From Candidatus Eiseniibacteriota bacterium (GTDB lineage Bacteria > Eisenbacteria > RBG-16-71-46 > CAVPCR01): a stretch of DNA of 64,000 nucleotides. The DNA lies in contig CAWGMA010000003.1 in assembly GCA_963823555.1 (NCBI GenBank), forward strand, positions 224,001-288,000. Reading direction: 5' to 3'. Positions 42,009-51,623 of this stretch are shown here, in pieces. Below the pieces are notes generated by a model. It was not told where the DNA came from. It was given only the letters and a program-made list of their open reading frames with translations, and searched no databases. The position numbers and the translations under genes were made by a program. How positions within the stretch are numbered: the first letter of the stretch is position 1; each line of letters opens with the position of its first letter.

Positions 42009-42873
42009 CCCTTCCAGGTTCAGCGGCGAGGATCTCCTCGGCCACGGCGGCCCAGCCGCGCGGGCCCGGCGCCGGGGCGACCGGAGCCCGGGGGAGGCCG
42101 CGTCGGAGGTAGGGATCGGGCTTCCCGTCCGGATGCGGCACGATGACCGGCCGGTCGACGGCGCGGAGGAGGGCGAGATCATGGGGGCCATCGCCCAGCC
42201 CCACCGTCACGAACGGACCGTGAGCGCGGGTGAGCCAGCGCATGACGATGCGCGCCGCGTGCCCCTTGTCGGTGCGCCCGTGCAGGTGGTTCATGATCGC
42301 GCCGCGGGTGATCGCAAGCCCGCGGTCGGCCAGAAGGAGGCGAATGGCCTTCCGGTGCGGGCGCGGATCACGCAGGAAGACGAAGGGTTCATCGAACTCG
42401 CGGCGCCGCGATCGCGTCACCGCTGCGGGCTTGAGCCCGGTCCAGGCCAGCACTTCGCGCCGGGTCATGTCGGTGAAACCGCGGACTCCGCCCGGCATCA
42501 AGCGCTCGATGGCGGCGAGCCCGGCGCGTACCTCGTCGATGCCGGCGGCCAGCGGGACGAGCAGCCCGTCGCGCGTGCGGGAGCCGCGACCCGCCGGGAC
42601 GGGCAGCGTCCCCACCGGGACCACCACGGCGCCCCCGCTTTCGATGATCGCTGGGAGACGGAGGCCGAGCTCCTCGCGGAGAACGCGTACCTCCGCCCGG
42701 GTCTTGCTCGTGCAGAGGATGATCGGGATCCCACTCCGGGCGAGCCGGCGGGCGGCAACGCGCGCCGGGCCGAGGCGATAGGTGCGGGCATCGAGGAGGC
42801 AGCCATCGACATCGGTGATCACGGCCAGGCGTGCCCCGGCGGGGAGCGGACGCAGGAGGCGGGAGTTCCCCAT
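41986..42873 (-). CDS. mpgP: Mannosyl/glucosyl-3-phosphoglycerate phosphatase (HAD-IIB)
   Basis: TDVDGCLLD, CTSKTRAEV, 'REFDEPF', DKG and GLGDGPHD motifs. Confidence 0.85.
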   Translation of the reverse strand: MGNSRLLRPLPAGARLAVITDVDGCLLDARTYRLGPARVAARRLARSGIPIILCTSKTRAEVRVLREELGLRLPAIIESGGAVVVPVGTLPVPAGRGSRTRDGLLVPLAAGIDEVRAGLAAIERLMPGGVRGFTDMTRREVLAWTGLKPAAVTRSRRREFDEPFVFLRDPRPHRKAIRLLLADRGLAITRGAIMNHLHGRTDKGHAARIVMRWLTRAHGPFVTVGLGDGPHDLALLRAVDRPVIVPHPDGKPDPYLRRGLPRAPVAPAPGPRGWAAVAEEILAAEPGRVTARRRP

Positions 42874-42888
42874 CTCACCCGCTCGTCT

Positions 42889-44142
42889 TTAGACCGAGGG
42901 GATGAGAGTGTCCCAGTGCTCGAGGCGCTGGATGAGATAGGGCTTCTCGTGCTCGAAGATCTCGGCCTGCCGCTCGACGATCTCATCGGCCTCGGCCGTC
43001 GTCATGTCCGCGGTCTCGATCATGTAGGAGGCGATGCGGCCGTAGTAGATGGGCGTCATCGTCTCGATGAGCTTGTAGCGGTCGCGCGACCAGCGCAAGT
43101 AGCTGTAGGCGAAGTCGTACACCATGTGGGACCAGGTCTGCGCATCGAAGGACGCCTCCGGCGCCTGATGGGAAGCGAGCTCGGCCAGGCGGTCGTAGGT
43201 CTCGGGGGCGAGGATCTCGCGCCACAGTGGGCTGAAGTGCTCGAAGCCAGCCCGGAAGTTGGTGTGCATGCGATCGATGGCCGGCGTGATCGGCGGCGGC
43301 TCGACCTCGGCGGGAGTGCCGAGGAGCGGGATCGGCTCCGAGCCCTGGACCCGCCGCCAGGTGGTCTCGTAGCGCGGCATCATGCCGAACAGCGTGCCGA
43401 CCACCTGCCGGAACATGGGCCCGAGGTGCAGCGCCGGGTCCTTGGGGTCATGGATCTTGGCGCCGAGGTGCGCCTCGCAGACGCGGAAGCCCTCGTTGAT
43501 GGCGACCGTGGTCATCCAGATGTCGACGCCGAACTTGGCGACATCGGAATCCCAGACATCGGCATGGGTGAAGAACTCGATCATCGGCCGCGAGAAGGCG
43601 AAATCGCCGCCGATCGGTTGCCGCACGCGTTTGCCGTAGAGCGCACGGGTCATGGCATAGGCGATGTGATTGGTGATCGTGCCGTCGTACTTGTGCCGGA
43701 TGTAATAGGGGCTCGCAAAGTCATACCCCTGGTTGAGCACCGGTTCGATGAGCGCCGGCACCCATTCCGGGGTAATGCTGCGGAGATCCGAGTCGAAGAC
43801 GGCGCAGGCCTTGACCCCCAGCCGCTCGCCGGCCTGGAACACGGCCCTGAGTGCCGTGCCCTTGCCGCCGATGCCGCGGTAGATGGCGACGATCTTGGGG
43901 ACCTTCGGCGACTTGGTCTTCTGGGCGAGCTCGCGCGTGTAATCGAGAGATCCGCCGTCGGAGACGTAGAGCACGCAGCGGCGATCCGGGTAATAGCGCT
44001 CGAGCCCGGCATAGACCGCGCTCATCACCGTGACAATGGACTCTTCGCTGTTGTAGGCGGGGATGCCGACGAGGAGGTCCGCAGCGCCGATCTCGGCGAT
44101 CTTGCTCAGGACGTACTCACGCAGGGCGGTATCGAACTTCAT
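42889..44142 (-). CDS. GT-A glycosyltransferase, glucosylglycerate/mannosylglycerate synthase-like
   Basis: 'VGIPAYN', SDGGS, GKGTA, FDSDLRSI, 'RHKYDGTITN', RQPIGGDF and FGVDIWMTT; adjacent to mpgP. Confidence 0.8.
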   Translation of the reverse strand: MKFDTALREYVLSKIAEIGAADLLVGIPAYNSEESIVTVMSAVYAGLERYYPDRRCVLYVSDGGSLDYTRELAQKTKSPKVPKIVAIYRGIGGKGTALRAVFQAGERLGVKACAVFDSDLRSITPEWVPALIEPVLNQGYDFASPYYIRHKYDGTITNHIAYAMTRALYGKRVRQPIGGDFAFSRPMIEFFTHADVWDSDVAKFGVDIWMTTVAINEGFRVCEAHLGAKIHDPKDPALHLGPMFRQVVGTLFGMMPRYETTWRRVQGSEPIPLLGTPAEVEPPPITPAIDRMHTNFRAGFEHFSPLWREILAPETYDRLAELASHQAPEASFDAQTWSHMVYDFAYSYLRWSRDRYKLIETMTPIYYGRIASYMIETADMTTAEADEIVERQAEIFEHEKPYLIQRLEHWDTLIPSV

Positions 44143-44254
44143 GGCGATGATCTCTCTCTGACGACATGATGAGTGTCATACGCTAACATGACCTTACCTG
44201 CCACGAAGCCTGCGGTCAATCGCCGGGGATCGGGAGCCGAGGAGGGGGCTCGAG

Positions 44255-45631
44255 ATGATGTCGCCTCATGCCGGTGCGGTAGAAGATTCCAGAGCCGCCG
44301 CCCGCGTGATCTGGGAGGCGGCGCTCGCGGCTGTGCAGCCGCATCGCCTCGTCGAGCGCGCGCTCGCCGTCGACAACGAGGCGATCGTCGTGGGCGGGAA
44401 GCGCGAGCCGCTCGTCCCGGGCGGCCGCCTTCGCCTGCTTGCGCTCGGCAAGGCGGCGCCGGCGCTGGCCCAGGCGGTCGCAACACGTCTCGATGATCGC
44501 CACGCGGACGGACTCGTCATCACCAAGGAAGGGCATGCGCGTGGTCCCATGCCGCCGCGTGTGGAAGTGGTCGAGGCGGGGCATCCGCTCCCCGATGCGC
44601 GCAGCGTTCGCGCCGGCGCGCGCGTGATCGAGTTCCTCGGCGGCGGGCGGGCTGATGATCTCGTTCTCGTTCTCGTCACCGGTGGGGCCTCCGCGCTCGT
44701 CTGCGTGCCGCGTCCGCCGCTCACGCTGGATGCGATCGAGGCGGTGACGGCGCTCCTGCTCCGGAGCGGAGCCGATATCGACGAGCTCAACACGGTGCGG
44801 AAGCACATGGACCTGGTGAAGGGTGGGGGGCTCCTCCGGATGGCGGCGCCGGCCCGCGTCGTGGCGCTCCTGATCTCGGATGTGATCGGCGACTCGCCGG
44901 CGACGATCGGGAGCGGGGTCGCTGCCGCCGATCCGACGACGTTTGCCGCCGCGCTCGCCATTCTCGATCGTCGCGCCGGCGGGGCGCCCGCCGCGGTGCG
45001 GGATCTCTTCGCGCGCGGCGCGCGCGGCGAGGAAGCCGAGACCCTCAAGCCGGCGGATGCGCTGGCATCCCGCGCTCGGAGCCACATTCTCGGCAGCGGC
45101 GCCATGGCCGCCGAGGCGGCGGCGGAGAAGGCGGCGGAGCTCGGGTTCCGATCGCTCGTCCTCTCGACCGAGGTCGCCGGCGAAGCGCGGGAGGTGGGAC
45201 GGATGATGGCGGCCCAGGCGCGCGCGATCCGTGGCGCCGGCGATCCAGCGCCGCCCGTCGCGCTCATCTGGGCGGGCGAGACCACGGTCACCGTGCGCGG
45301 CGCGGGGCGCGGTGGGCGGAACCAGGAACTCGCGCTCGCGGCCGCCATGGTCCTCGACGGGGTGCGGGATATCTGCCTCGCCGCGCTCGGCACCGACGGC
45401 ACCGATGGGCCGACCGACGCCGCCGGCGCGCTCGTCGATGGATCGACGGCTCGCGCCGCCCGGGAGGCAGGTCTCGACCTCGCCGCCGCGCTCGAGCGCA
45501 ACGACTCCTATCCCACGCTCGATGCACTCCACTGTCTGATCCGCACCGGGCCCACCGGGACTCACGTCAACGATCTCGGCCTCGCCCTGATCGGGGCCGG
45601 CGGGACCGGGGCCGGTGCCGGGGCGGGCTAG
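44255..45631 (+). CDS. Glycerate 2-kinase (MOFRL/DUF4147 family)
   Basis: LGKAA, AGHPLPD, TGGASAL, ISDVIGD, GETTV, GGRNQE, TDGTDG and TGPTGTHVND. Confidence 0.92.
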   Translation: MMSPHAGAVEDSRAAARVIWEAALAAVQPHRLVERALAVDNEAIVVGGKREPLVPGGRLRLLALGKAAPALAQAVATRLDDRHADGLVITKEGHARGPMPPRVEVVEAGHPLPDARSVRAGARVIEFLGGGRADDLVLVLVTGGASALVCVPRPPLTLDAIEAVTALLLRSGADIDELNTVRKHMDLVKGGGLLRMAAPARVVALLISDVIGDSPATIGSGVAAADPTTFAAALAILDRRAGGAPAAVRDLFARGARGEEAETLKPADALASRARSHILGSGAMAAEAAAEKAAELGFRSLVLSTEVAGEAREVGRMMAAQARAIRGAGDPAPPVALIWAGETTVTVRGAGRGGRNQELALAAAMVLDGVRDICLAALGTDGTDGPTDAAGALVDGSTARAAREAGLDLAAALERNDSYPTLDALHCLIRTGPTGTHVNDLGLALIGAGGTGAGAGAG

Positions 45632-45718
45632 CGCCCGCAGCGCGCGAAACTCGTCTATGCTCTCGCTCGCTGGCCGGGCCGGCGTCCCTCGCCGCCCCGA
45701 TGGATACCGAGGGCCCTG

Positions 45719-47695
45719 ATGCTCGCTCCCTTTCTCCGCGATCTCGCCGTTCTCCTCGCCCTGGGCGTGGTCGTGGTGCTCCTCTTCCATCGCCTGCGCC
45801 TGCCGGCGATCGTCGGCTTCCTCCTTGCCGGCGTCCTCGCCGGTCCTCATGGGCTCGGGCTCATCCGGCACGCCGAGCAGGTGGAGAGCCTCGCCGAGGT
45901 CGGGGTCATCGTCCTCATGTTCACGATCGGGCTCGAGTTCTCCCTGGGCGAGCTCCGGCGTCTGCGCTCGATCGCGCTCACCGCGGGGACCGTGCAGGTG
46001 GGGGTGACCATCGCGCTCACCGCCGCCGCCGCGATGTCGTTCCTCGGCATGACGCTCCGCGAAGGGATCTTCGCCGGCATGCTGGTCGCTCTCAGCTCGA
46101 CCGCCATCGTCTTGAAGCTCCTTAGCGATCGTGGCGAGATCGACGCCCCGCACGGGCGCATCGCCGTCGCCATCCTCATCTTCCAGGATCTGTGCGTGGT
46201 CCCGATGATGCTCGTGACCCCGCTCCTGGCCGGCGGGAAGACCGAGGTGACGCGGCTCCTCCTGGTTCTCGGGCAGGCGGTGCTCGTCATCTTCTTCACC
46301 GTGGTCCTCTCCCGGCGGGTCGTGCCCCGACTGCTCGCGGTCGCGGCCAACACCCGGAGCCGGGAGGTCTTCGTCCTTTCCGTCATCCTCGTCTGCATCG
46401 GCACGGCCTGGATCTCTCAGCGCATCGGTCTCTCGCTCGCTCTCGGCGCCTTCATCGCCGGGCTCGTGATCTCGGAATCCGAGTACAGCCACCAGGCCCT
46501 GAGCGATGTGCTGCCATTCCGTGACACGCTGGCGAGCGTCTTCTTCCTCTCCGCCGGCATGTTGCTCAACCTGCGTGTGATCGCCGCCGCTCCCCTCTTC
46601 ATGTTGATCTTCGTCCTCGCGGTGGTGCTGCTCAAGGCGATCGTGACCGGGTTCGCGGTATTCCTTCTCCTGCGCTATCCGCAGCGCGTGGGGCTCGTCG
46701 CGAGCCTGGGGCTGGCCCAGGTCGGGGAGTTCTCCTTCGTCCTCGCCGCCGTCGGATTCGGCTATGGACTCACTCCCGAGCATCTCCGGCAGCCGATCCT
46801 GGCCTCGGCGGTCCTCAGCATGATGGCGACACCCTTCCTCCTGAGCGGCGGGGTGAAGCTGGCCGGGCTGTTCGCCCGCCGCCATGCCGAGGGCGATGGG
46901 TCCGCCGACGCCAGGGTCCGGGCGCATTCCCCGGACGAGCTCCAGGATCACACGATCATCATCGGCTTCGGGCTCAACGGCCGGAACCTGGCCCATGTGC
47001 TCGAGGAGGCGGACATCCGCTATGTCGTCGTCGAGATGAATGCGCAGACGGTAGCCGCCGAGCGCCAGCGCGACGTGCCGATCGTGTACGGAGATGCCTG
47101 CCAGGCCTCGGTCCTCGAGGGCATCAACGTGCGCCAGGCGAGAGTGATCGTGATCGCGATCTCGGACCCGGCGGCGACTCGCCGCATCACCGAGCTGGCA
47201 CGGCGCCTGAATCCGCAGGCGGACGTCATCGTTCGCACGCGCTACTTCCAGGAGGTGGAGCCGCTCGCGGTGGCCGGGGCCAGCGAGGTGGTGCCGGAGG
47301 AGTTCGAGACCTCGATCGAGATCTTCTCGCGCGTCCTACGCCACTACATGGTGCCGGGGGATGTCATCGAGGAGCTGAGCAGCGCCATCCGGCAGGATGC
47401 CTACGTCATGCTCCGCTATCGCGATCTGCCGGGCGTGAGCCTCATCGGCAACCTGGCGGGGATCAAGACCGAGATCGTGCGCGTCGAGCGCGAGTCCCCG
47501 GTGGCGGGAATGACGCTCGCCGAGAGCCAGATCCGGAGCCGCACCGGGGCTGCGGTGGCCGCCGTCAAGCGCGGCGCCGAGGCGATCTCGAACCCGCCGC
47601 CCGACACGCGGCTCGAGGTGGGCGATGTCGTTCTGCTCCTCGGCACCAAGGATCAGGTCGCGGCCGGCGAGGCGCTCCTGCGCGGAGTGACCTGA
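45719..47695 (+). CDS. CPA2 family cation:proton antiporter (Kef-type) with RCK-N and RCK-C domains
   Basis: About 12 TMs, 'LMFTIGLEFS', 'LSSTAIV', FQD, 'QVGEFSFVL', GFGLNG Rossmann motif, YGDA. Confidence 0.92.
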   Translation: MLAPFLRDLAVLLALGVVVVLLFHRLRLPAIVGFLLAGVLAGPHGLGLIRHAEQVESLAEVGVIVLMFTIGLEFSLGELRRLRSIALTAGTVQVGVTIALTAAAAMSFLGMTLREGIFAGMLVALSSTAIVLKLLSDRGEIDAPHGRIAVAILIFQDLCVVPMMLVTPLLAGGKTEVTRLLLVLGQAVLVIFFTVVLSRRVVPRLLAVAANTRSREVFVLSVILVCIGTAWISQRIGLSLALGAFIAGLVISESEYSHQALSDVLPFRDTLASVFFLSAGMLLNLRVIAAAPLFMLIFVLAVVLLKAIVTGFAVFLLLRYPQRVGLVASLGLAQVGEFSFVLAAVGFGYGLTPEHLRQPILASAVLSMMATPFLLSGGVKLAGLFARRHAEGDGSADARVRAHSPDELQDHTIIIGFGLNGRNLAHVLEEADIRYVVVEMNAQTVAAERQRDVPIVYGDACQASVLEGINVRQARVIVIAISDPAATRRITELARRLNPQADVIVRTRYFQEVEPLAVAGASEVVPEEFETSIEIFSRVLRHYMVPGDVIEELSSAIRQDAYVMLRYRDLPGVSLIGNLAGIKTEIVRVERESPVAGMTLAESQIRSRTGAAVAAVKRGAEAISNPPPDTRLEVGDVVLLLGTKDQVAAGEALLRGVT

Positions 47696-48628
47696 TTACT
47701 GCGGCTCGCCGGATCCGGAATGCATCTCCGCTCCCGGATGCGCCGCCTGGACCGCTTCGGCGAGCCGGGTGCCGGCGAGCATCGCCGCGATGCGCCCGAA
47801 TCCCGGGAGGCAGGCTTCGAGGTGGTTTCGCTCGCACTCGAAGACGACGGCGCGCAGGTTGGGGGTGCGCGGTACCACATGCTCGAAGATCTGCCAGGTG
47901 TCGGGGAGGACGTCGACATTGTGGTCGTCCTCGAGGAAGCGGAAGCCGGCGACCTCGCTCTCGCTGGCGCCGGCCACGTGGAGCTCGGTCACGCGCTCCA
48001 GGGGAAAGCCGTCGAGGGCGGTGAGCGGCGGGTGACCCTTGGCGCGCTGATAGATGGCGAGATGGGCGCAGTCGAGGAGCATCCCGGTGTCGGCGAGGTC
48101 GATGACGCGCGCAAAGTAGTCGAGCAGGTGCAGATCACCGAGGTAGACCATGCCCGAGGGATTCTCCGGTAGCACCTCGAGGCCCGAGGCGTTACGCAGG
48201 CGCACGATCCCCGCCGCCGCGGCCCGCGCCGAATCCTCCGACAGCACGGGCGGCAGGAGCAGCATGTGTCCGCGCTCGCGCGAGCCGGAGTGCCAGAGCC
48301 CGGCATCTCCGCACATCCAGGACGGGCGGATCCAGGCAGCGATCGCCCGCACCTCGGCGATCCAGGCGTCGTCGAAATCCTCCGGCTCGTCGAGGTTGAC
48401 GTCCAGGAGGCGGTAGGTCGTGGGCCAGCCGCGTTCGACCCAGGCGCTGGCGTGACGATCGAGCCCCTTCGCGACCTCGATGCCGATCTCGAGGAAGCGC
48501 GCGTAGGCAGGATACCGCTCGCGGAGCGCAATCGGGTCGAGGGCGCTTGCGGTGTCGCCGGCCCCGTATTCCGTCGACACCCCGAGTCCGAGCCGCGGCA
48601 GCCGGCTTACTTGGGACAGGAAACTCAT
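47696..48628 (-). CDS. DUF692 family multinuclear non-heme iron enzyme (MNIO), divergent
   Basis: 'LGLGV', PENP, 'MLLDCAHL', 'PLERVTELHVAG', DDH and 'VVFECE'. Confidence 0.8.
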   Translation of the reverse strand: MSFLSQVSRLPRLGLGVSTEYGAGDTASALDPIALRERYPAYARFLEIGIEVAKGLDRHASAWVERGWPTTYRLLDVNLDEPEDFDDAWIAEVRAIAAWIRPSWMCGDAGLWHSGSRERGHMLLLPPVLSEDSARAAAAGIVRLRNASGLEVLPENPSGMVYLGDLHLLDYFARVIDLADTGMLLDCAHLAIYQRAKGHPPLTALDGFPLERVTELHVAGASESEVAGFRFLEDDHNVDVLPDTWQIFEHVVPRTPNLRAVVFECERNHLEACLPGFGRIAAMLAGTRLAEAVQAAHPGAEMHSGSGEPQ

Positions 48629-48753
48629 GGCCGTCTCCGATCCTCGCGGATCAAGGGATTGTCGCACGGGCGGCGGATCCTCGCCACCCGCCGCCGGCTC
48701 CTGCCCATGGTATGCTCGGCCGCGGACGTCTCCCCGCGGTGCTGCGAGCCGTC

Positions 48754-50019
48754 ATGCCGTATCCCATCGATTCCATCGTCATCGGGCTCATCCAGGCGCT
48801 TGCCATCGGCTTCCTGATCGGCGCCGAGCGCGAGAGCCGGGGCATGGACGCCGCACGGGCCGCTGCCCCCGGGCTCCGCGATTTCATCTTCATCGCCATC
48901 TCCGGCAGCGTCGCCGGTTTCCTCGAGTCGGTGCCCATCACCGCCATCTCGTTCGCCGCCATGGTCGTGATCATCGCGGTTCGTCGCATCAAGGATCGCA
49001 CCGAGCACGGGATCACGACCGAGCTCGCCGCGCTCCTGACCTTCTGGCTCGGGTTCATGACGCAGCAGTCCGATCTCGGCCTCCTCGCCCTGGGCGTGGC
49101 CGTCGGCGTCACCATCATCTTGATGGTGAAGGCTCCGGTCACCCATCTCGTGCGCGATGTCATCTCCAAGGTCGAGTTCTACGACACGGTCAAGTTCCTG
49201 GCCATCGTCTTCATCGTCTATCCCCTGCTGCCGGAAGGCGAGTACGGCCCCTACGGCTTCTTCGCGCCGCGGACCATCTGGAAGTTCGTGATCCTGGTGT
49301 CTTCCGTCTCCTATGTCGGGTACTTCCTCACCCGATTCCTGGGCGGGTCCCGGGGCCTCCTCCTGACCGGGATCATGGGTGCGGTCGCCTCCACCACGGC
49401 CACCACCACGGCTTTCGCCGAGGGCGCGCGCGAGGAGCCCGAGCGCTGGCGGGAATACGCCTGGGCCGCGATCATCTCGAACGCCGTCCAGTTTCCGCGC
49501 GTGGCGGTGATCATCTACGCCATGAACCAGGAGATGGCCCTCCGCGCCCTGAGGCCGCTCATGGCGATGTTCGCCGCTGGCCTCGTGATCGGCTGGTGGG
49601 TGGCGCGCCGGGTGCGGCGGACGGGCCCCGAGGGGGCAGCCGGGGCACGCCCCATCCTGCGCAACCCGTTCTCGCTCCGGCCTGCCCTCCAGTTCGGCCT
49701 CATCTTCACCGTGATCCTCTTCATCTCGAAGGTCGCGGCCGCCCGCTTCGGTGCCAGCGGCGCGTTGACCTCGAGCCTGGTCGCCGGACTCATCGACGTC
49801 GATGCCATCTCGATCTCGCTCGCCAATCTGGTCAAGCAAGGTCAACTGGGAATGGCGGCGGGTCTCCTGTCGGTGCTCGCCGCCCTTCTCGCCAACGCCG
49901 TCTTCAAGACCGGCTTCGGCTTTGCCGCCGGCGGGACACGATTCGGCAGAACCCTCCTCCTGGCGTTCCTCGGCATGTTCGCCGTCGGCCTCGGAGTCAT
50001 CGTCCTCGTTGCAGCGTGA
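48754..50019 (+). CDS. MgtC/SapB family membrane protein with DUF4010
   Basis: 'IGFLIGAERE', GLRDF, GITTE, 'ASTTATT', NPFSL and GLIDVDAI. Confidence 0.88.
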   Translation: MPYPIDSIVIGLIQALAIGFLIGAERESRGMDAARAAAPGLRDFIFIAISGSVAGFLESVPITAISFAAMVVIIAVRRIKDRTEHGITTELAALLTFWLGFMTQQSDLGLLALGVAVGVTIILMVKAPVTHLVRDVISKVEFYDTVKFLAIVFIVYPLLPEGEYGPYGFFAPRTIWKFVILVSSVSYVGYFLTRFLGGSRGLLLTGIMGAVASTTATTTAFAEGAREEPERWREYAWAAIISNAVQFPRVAVIIYAMNQEMALRALRPLMAMFAAGLVIGWWVARRVRRTGPEGAAGARPILRNPFSLRPALQFGLIFTVILFISKVAAARFGASGALTSSLVAGLIDVDAISISLANLVKQGQLGMAAGLLSVLAALLANAVFKTGFGFAAGGTRFGRTLLLAFLGMFAVGLGVIVLVAA

Positions 50020-50057
50020 GCGACGCCGGGCGCGAACCGGTGTATGATGCCAGGGCG

Positions 50058-51623
50058 ATGAAGCCATCGACTGCCAGACCCCGATGTCCCGCGCCACTCG
50101 TCGCCGCGGGTTCGAGCTTTCTTCTCCTCATCTCCCTCCTTGTCTCTGATCCGCTGCTCGCAGGTGTTCCCGATGATCTCGTCAAGGAGATCAAGCTGCC
50201 CAACGGCATGCGCTTCCTCTTCGTCGAGCGCCACCAGTCACCGACCGTGGCGGCCTTCATCGCCTTCCGGGTGGGGAGCGCCGACGAGCCGCGCGGCGCG
50301 ACCGGCATGGCGCATTTTCTCGAGCACATGCAGTTCAAGGGCACCGCGCGCCTGGGCACCGCCGACTGGGGCGCCGAGAAGGAGACGCTCGCGGCGATCG
50401 AGCGCGCCATGGATGCGATCGATGCCGAGCAGGATCGGCTTCTTGCCACGAATCCGCCGGGGGTGCTGGCGGCCCCCGATCCACCGACGAGCCCGGAGCT
50501 CGAGCGCTTGACCGCCGAGGCCGAACGGCTAGAGGCGGAAATGCGGCAACATGTCATCAAGAACGAGATCTGGGGCACCTACGATCGCCATGGCGGCAGC
50601 ATCAAGAACGCCTTCACCGGTCGCGACATGACCGGATACTATGTCGTCCTGCCCTCGAACCAGCTCGAGGTGTGGGCGATGATCGAAGCCGAGCGCCTCA
50701 CCGGGTCCGTGCTCCGCGAGTTCTACTCGGAGCGGAGCGTGGTCCAGGAGGAGCGCCGCCGCTCCCGGGAGTCGACACCGGAGGGAATGCTCTCCGAGGC
50801 CCTGGCCGCGACCGCGTTCACCGTGCATCCCTACGGGAACCCGGTCATCGGCTGGATGAGCGATCTCGAGCATCTCAGGCGCGATCAGGTGCTCGAGTTC
50901 TACCGGACCTTCTATCAGCCGGCGAATGCCGTGGGCATTCTCGTCGGGGACTTCGCCCCGGAGGCCGCCGAGGCCCTGGTGCGCAAGCACTTCGGACGCA
51001 TCGAATCGCGCCCGGTGGCGCGACCGCGGCGCCCCGCGGAACCGCCGCTCCAGGGCCGCCGTGAGCGCCTGGTCGAGTTCGACGCGGAGCCACAGCTAAC
51101 CCTCGCCTACCGTGTTCCCAGTTTCCATCATCCGGACTTTCCAGCCCTCGATGTGCTGACCACGGTGCTCGGCGACGGGCGCACCTCCCGGCTCCGGAAG
51201 CGGCTCATTCTCACCGAGCAGGCGGCGCGCTACGCCCGGGCGGATCTCGAGCTGGGCATCGATCCCGGGCTCCTCGAGGTTGCGCTCCAGCCGCTGGCCG
51301 GGCGCTCGCTCACCGAGGTCGAGGCCATGGCGCGCGAGGAGATGGCGCGCCTCGCCCAGGCGCCGGCCTCGCCCGACGAGCTTGCGGCCGTGCGCAAGCG
51401 AATGCGCGCGAGCCTCGTCTACCGGTTCGAGTCGAACATCTCCTTCGCGCGGTGGCTTGCGCAGAACGAGTGCATGGCCGGGAGCTGGCGCGCCGGTTAC
51501 GAGTACGTGGATCGGATCGACGCCGTCACGGCGGATGACGTGATGCGCGTGGCAGCCGAATACCTGACGCCGCGGAACGAGATCCGCGTCGAGCTCAGGC
51601 GACCGGAGGAGGGGGAGCCATGA
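50058..51623 (+). CDS. M16 (pitrilysin) family zinc peptidase, catalytic subunit
   Basis: Inverted zinc motif HFLEH in 'GMAHFLEHMQFKGT', NAFT, 'ERSVVQEERR' and HPYGNPVIG; signal peptide. Confidence 0.92.
   Translation: MKPSTARPRCPAPLVAAGSSFLLLISLLVSDPLLAGVPDDLVKEIKLPNGMRFLFVERHQSPTVAAFIAFRVGSADEPRGATGMAHFLEHMQFKGTARLGTADWGAEKETLAAIERAMDAIDAEQDRLLATNPPGVLAAPDPPTSPELERLTAEAERLEAEMRQHVIKNEIWGTYDRHGGSIKNAFTGRDMTGYYVVLPSNQLEVWAMIEAERLTGSVLREFYSERSVVQEERRRSRESTPEGMLSEALAATAFTVHPYGNPVIGWMSDLEHLRRDQVLEFYRTFYQPANAVGILVGDFAPEAAEALVRKHFGRIESRPVARPRRPAEPPLQGRRERLVEFDAEPQLTLAYRVPSFHHPDFPALDVLTTVLGDGRTSRLRKRLILTEQAARYARADLELGIDPGLLEVALQPLAGRSLTEVEAMAREEMARLAQAPASPDELAAVRKRMRASLVYRFESNISFARWLAQNECMAGSWRAGYEYVDRIDAVTADDVMRVAAEYLTPRNEIRVELRRPEEGEP

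Noticed and set aside
48552..50057. 1023-aa ORF suggesting a long N-terminal fusion to the M16 peptidase
   Set aside because: The first ~500 aa are an Arg/Pro-rich shadow frame over the MgtC gene; the real start is 50058.
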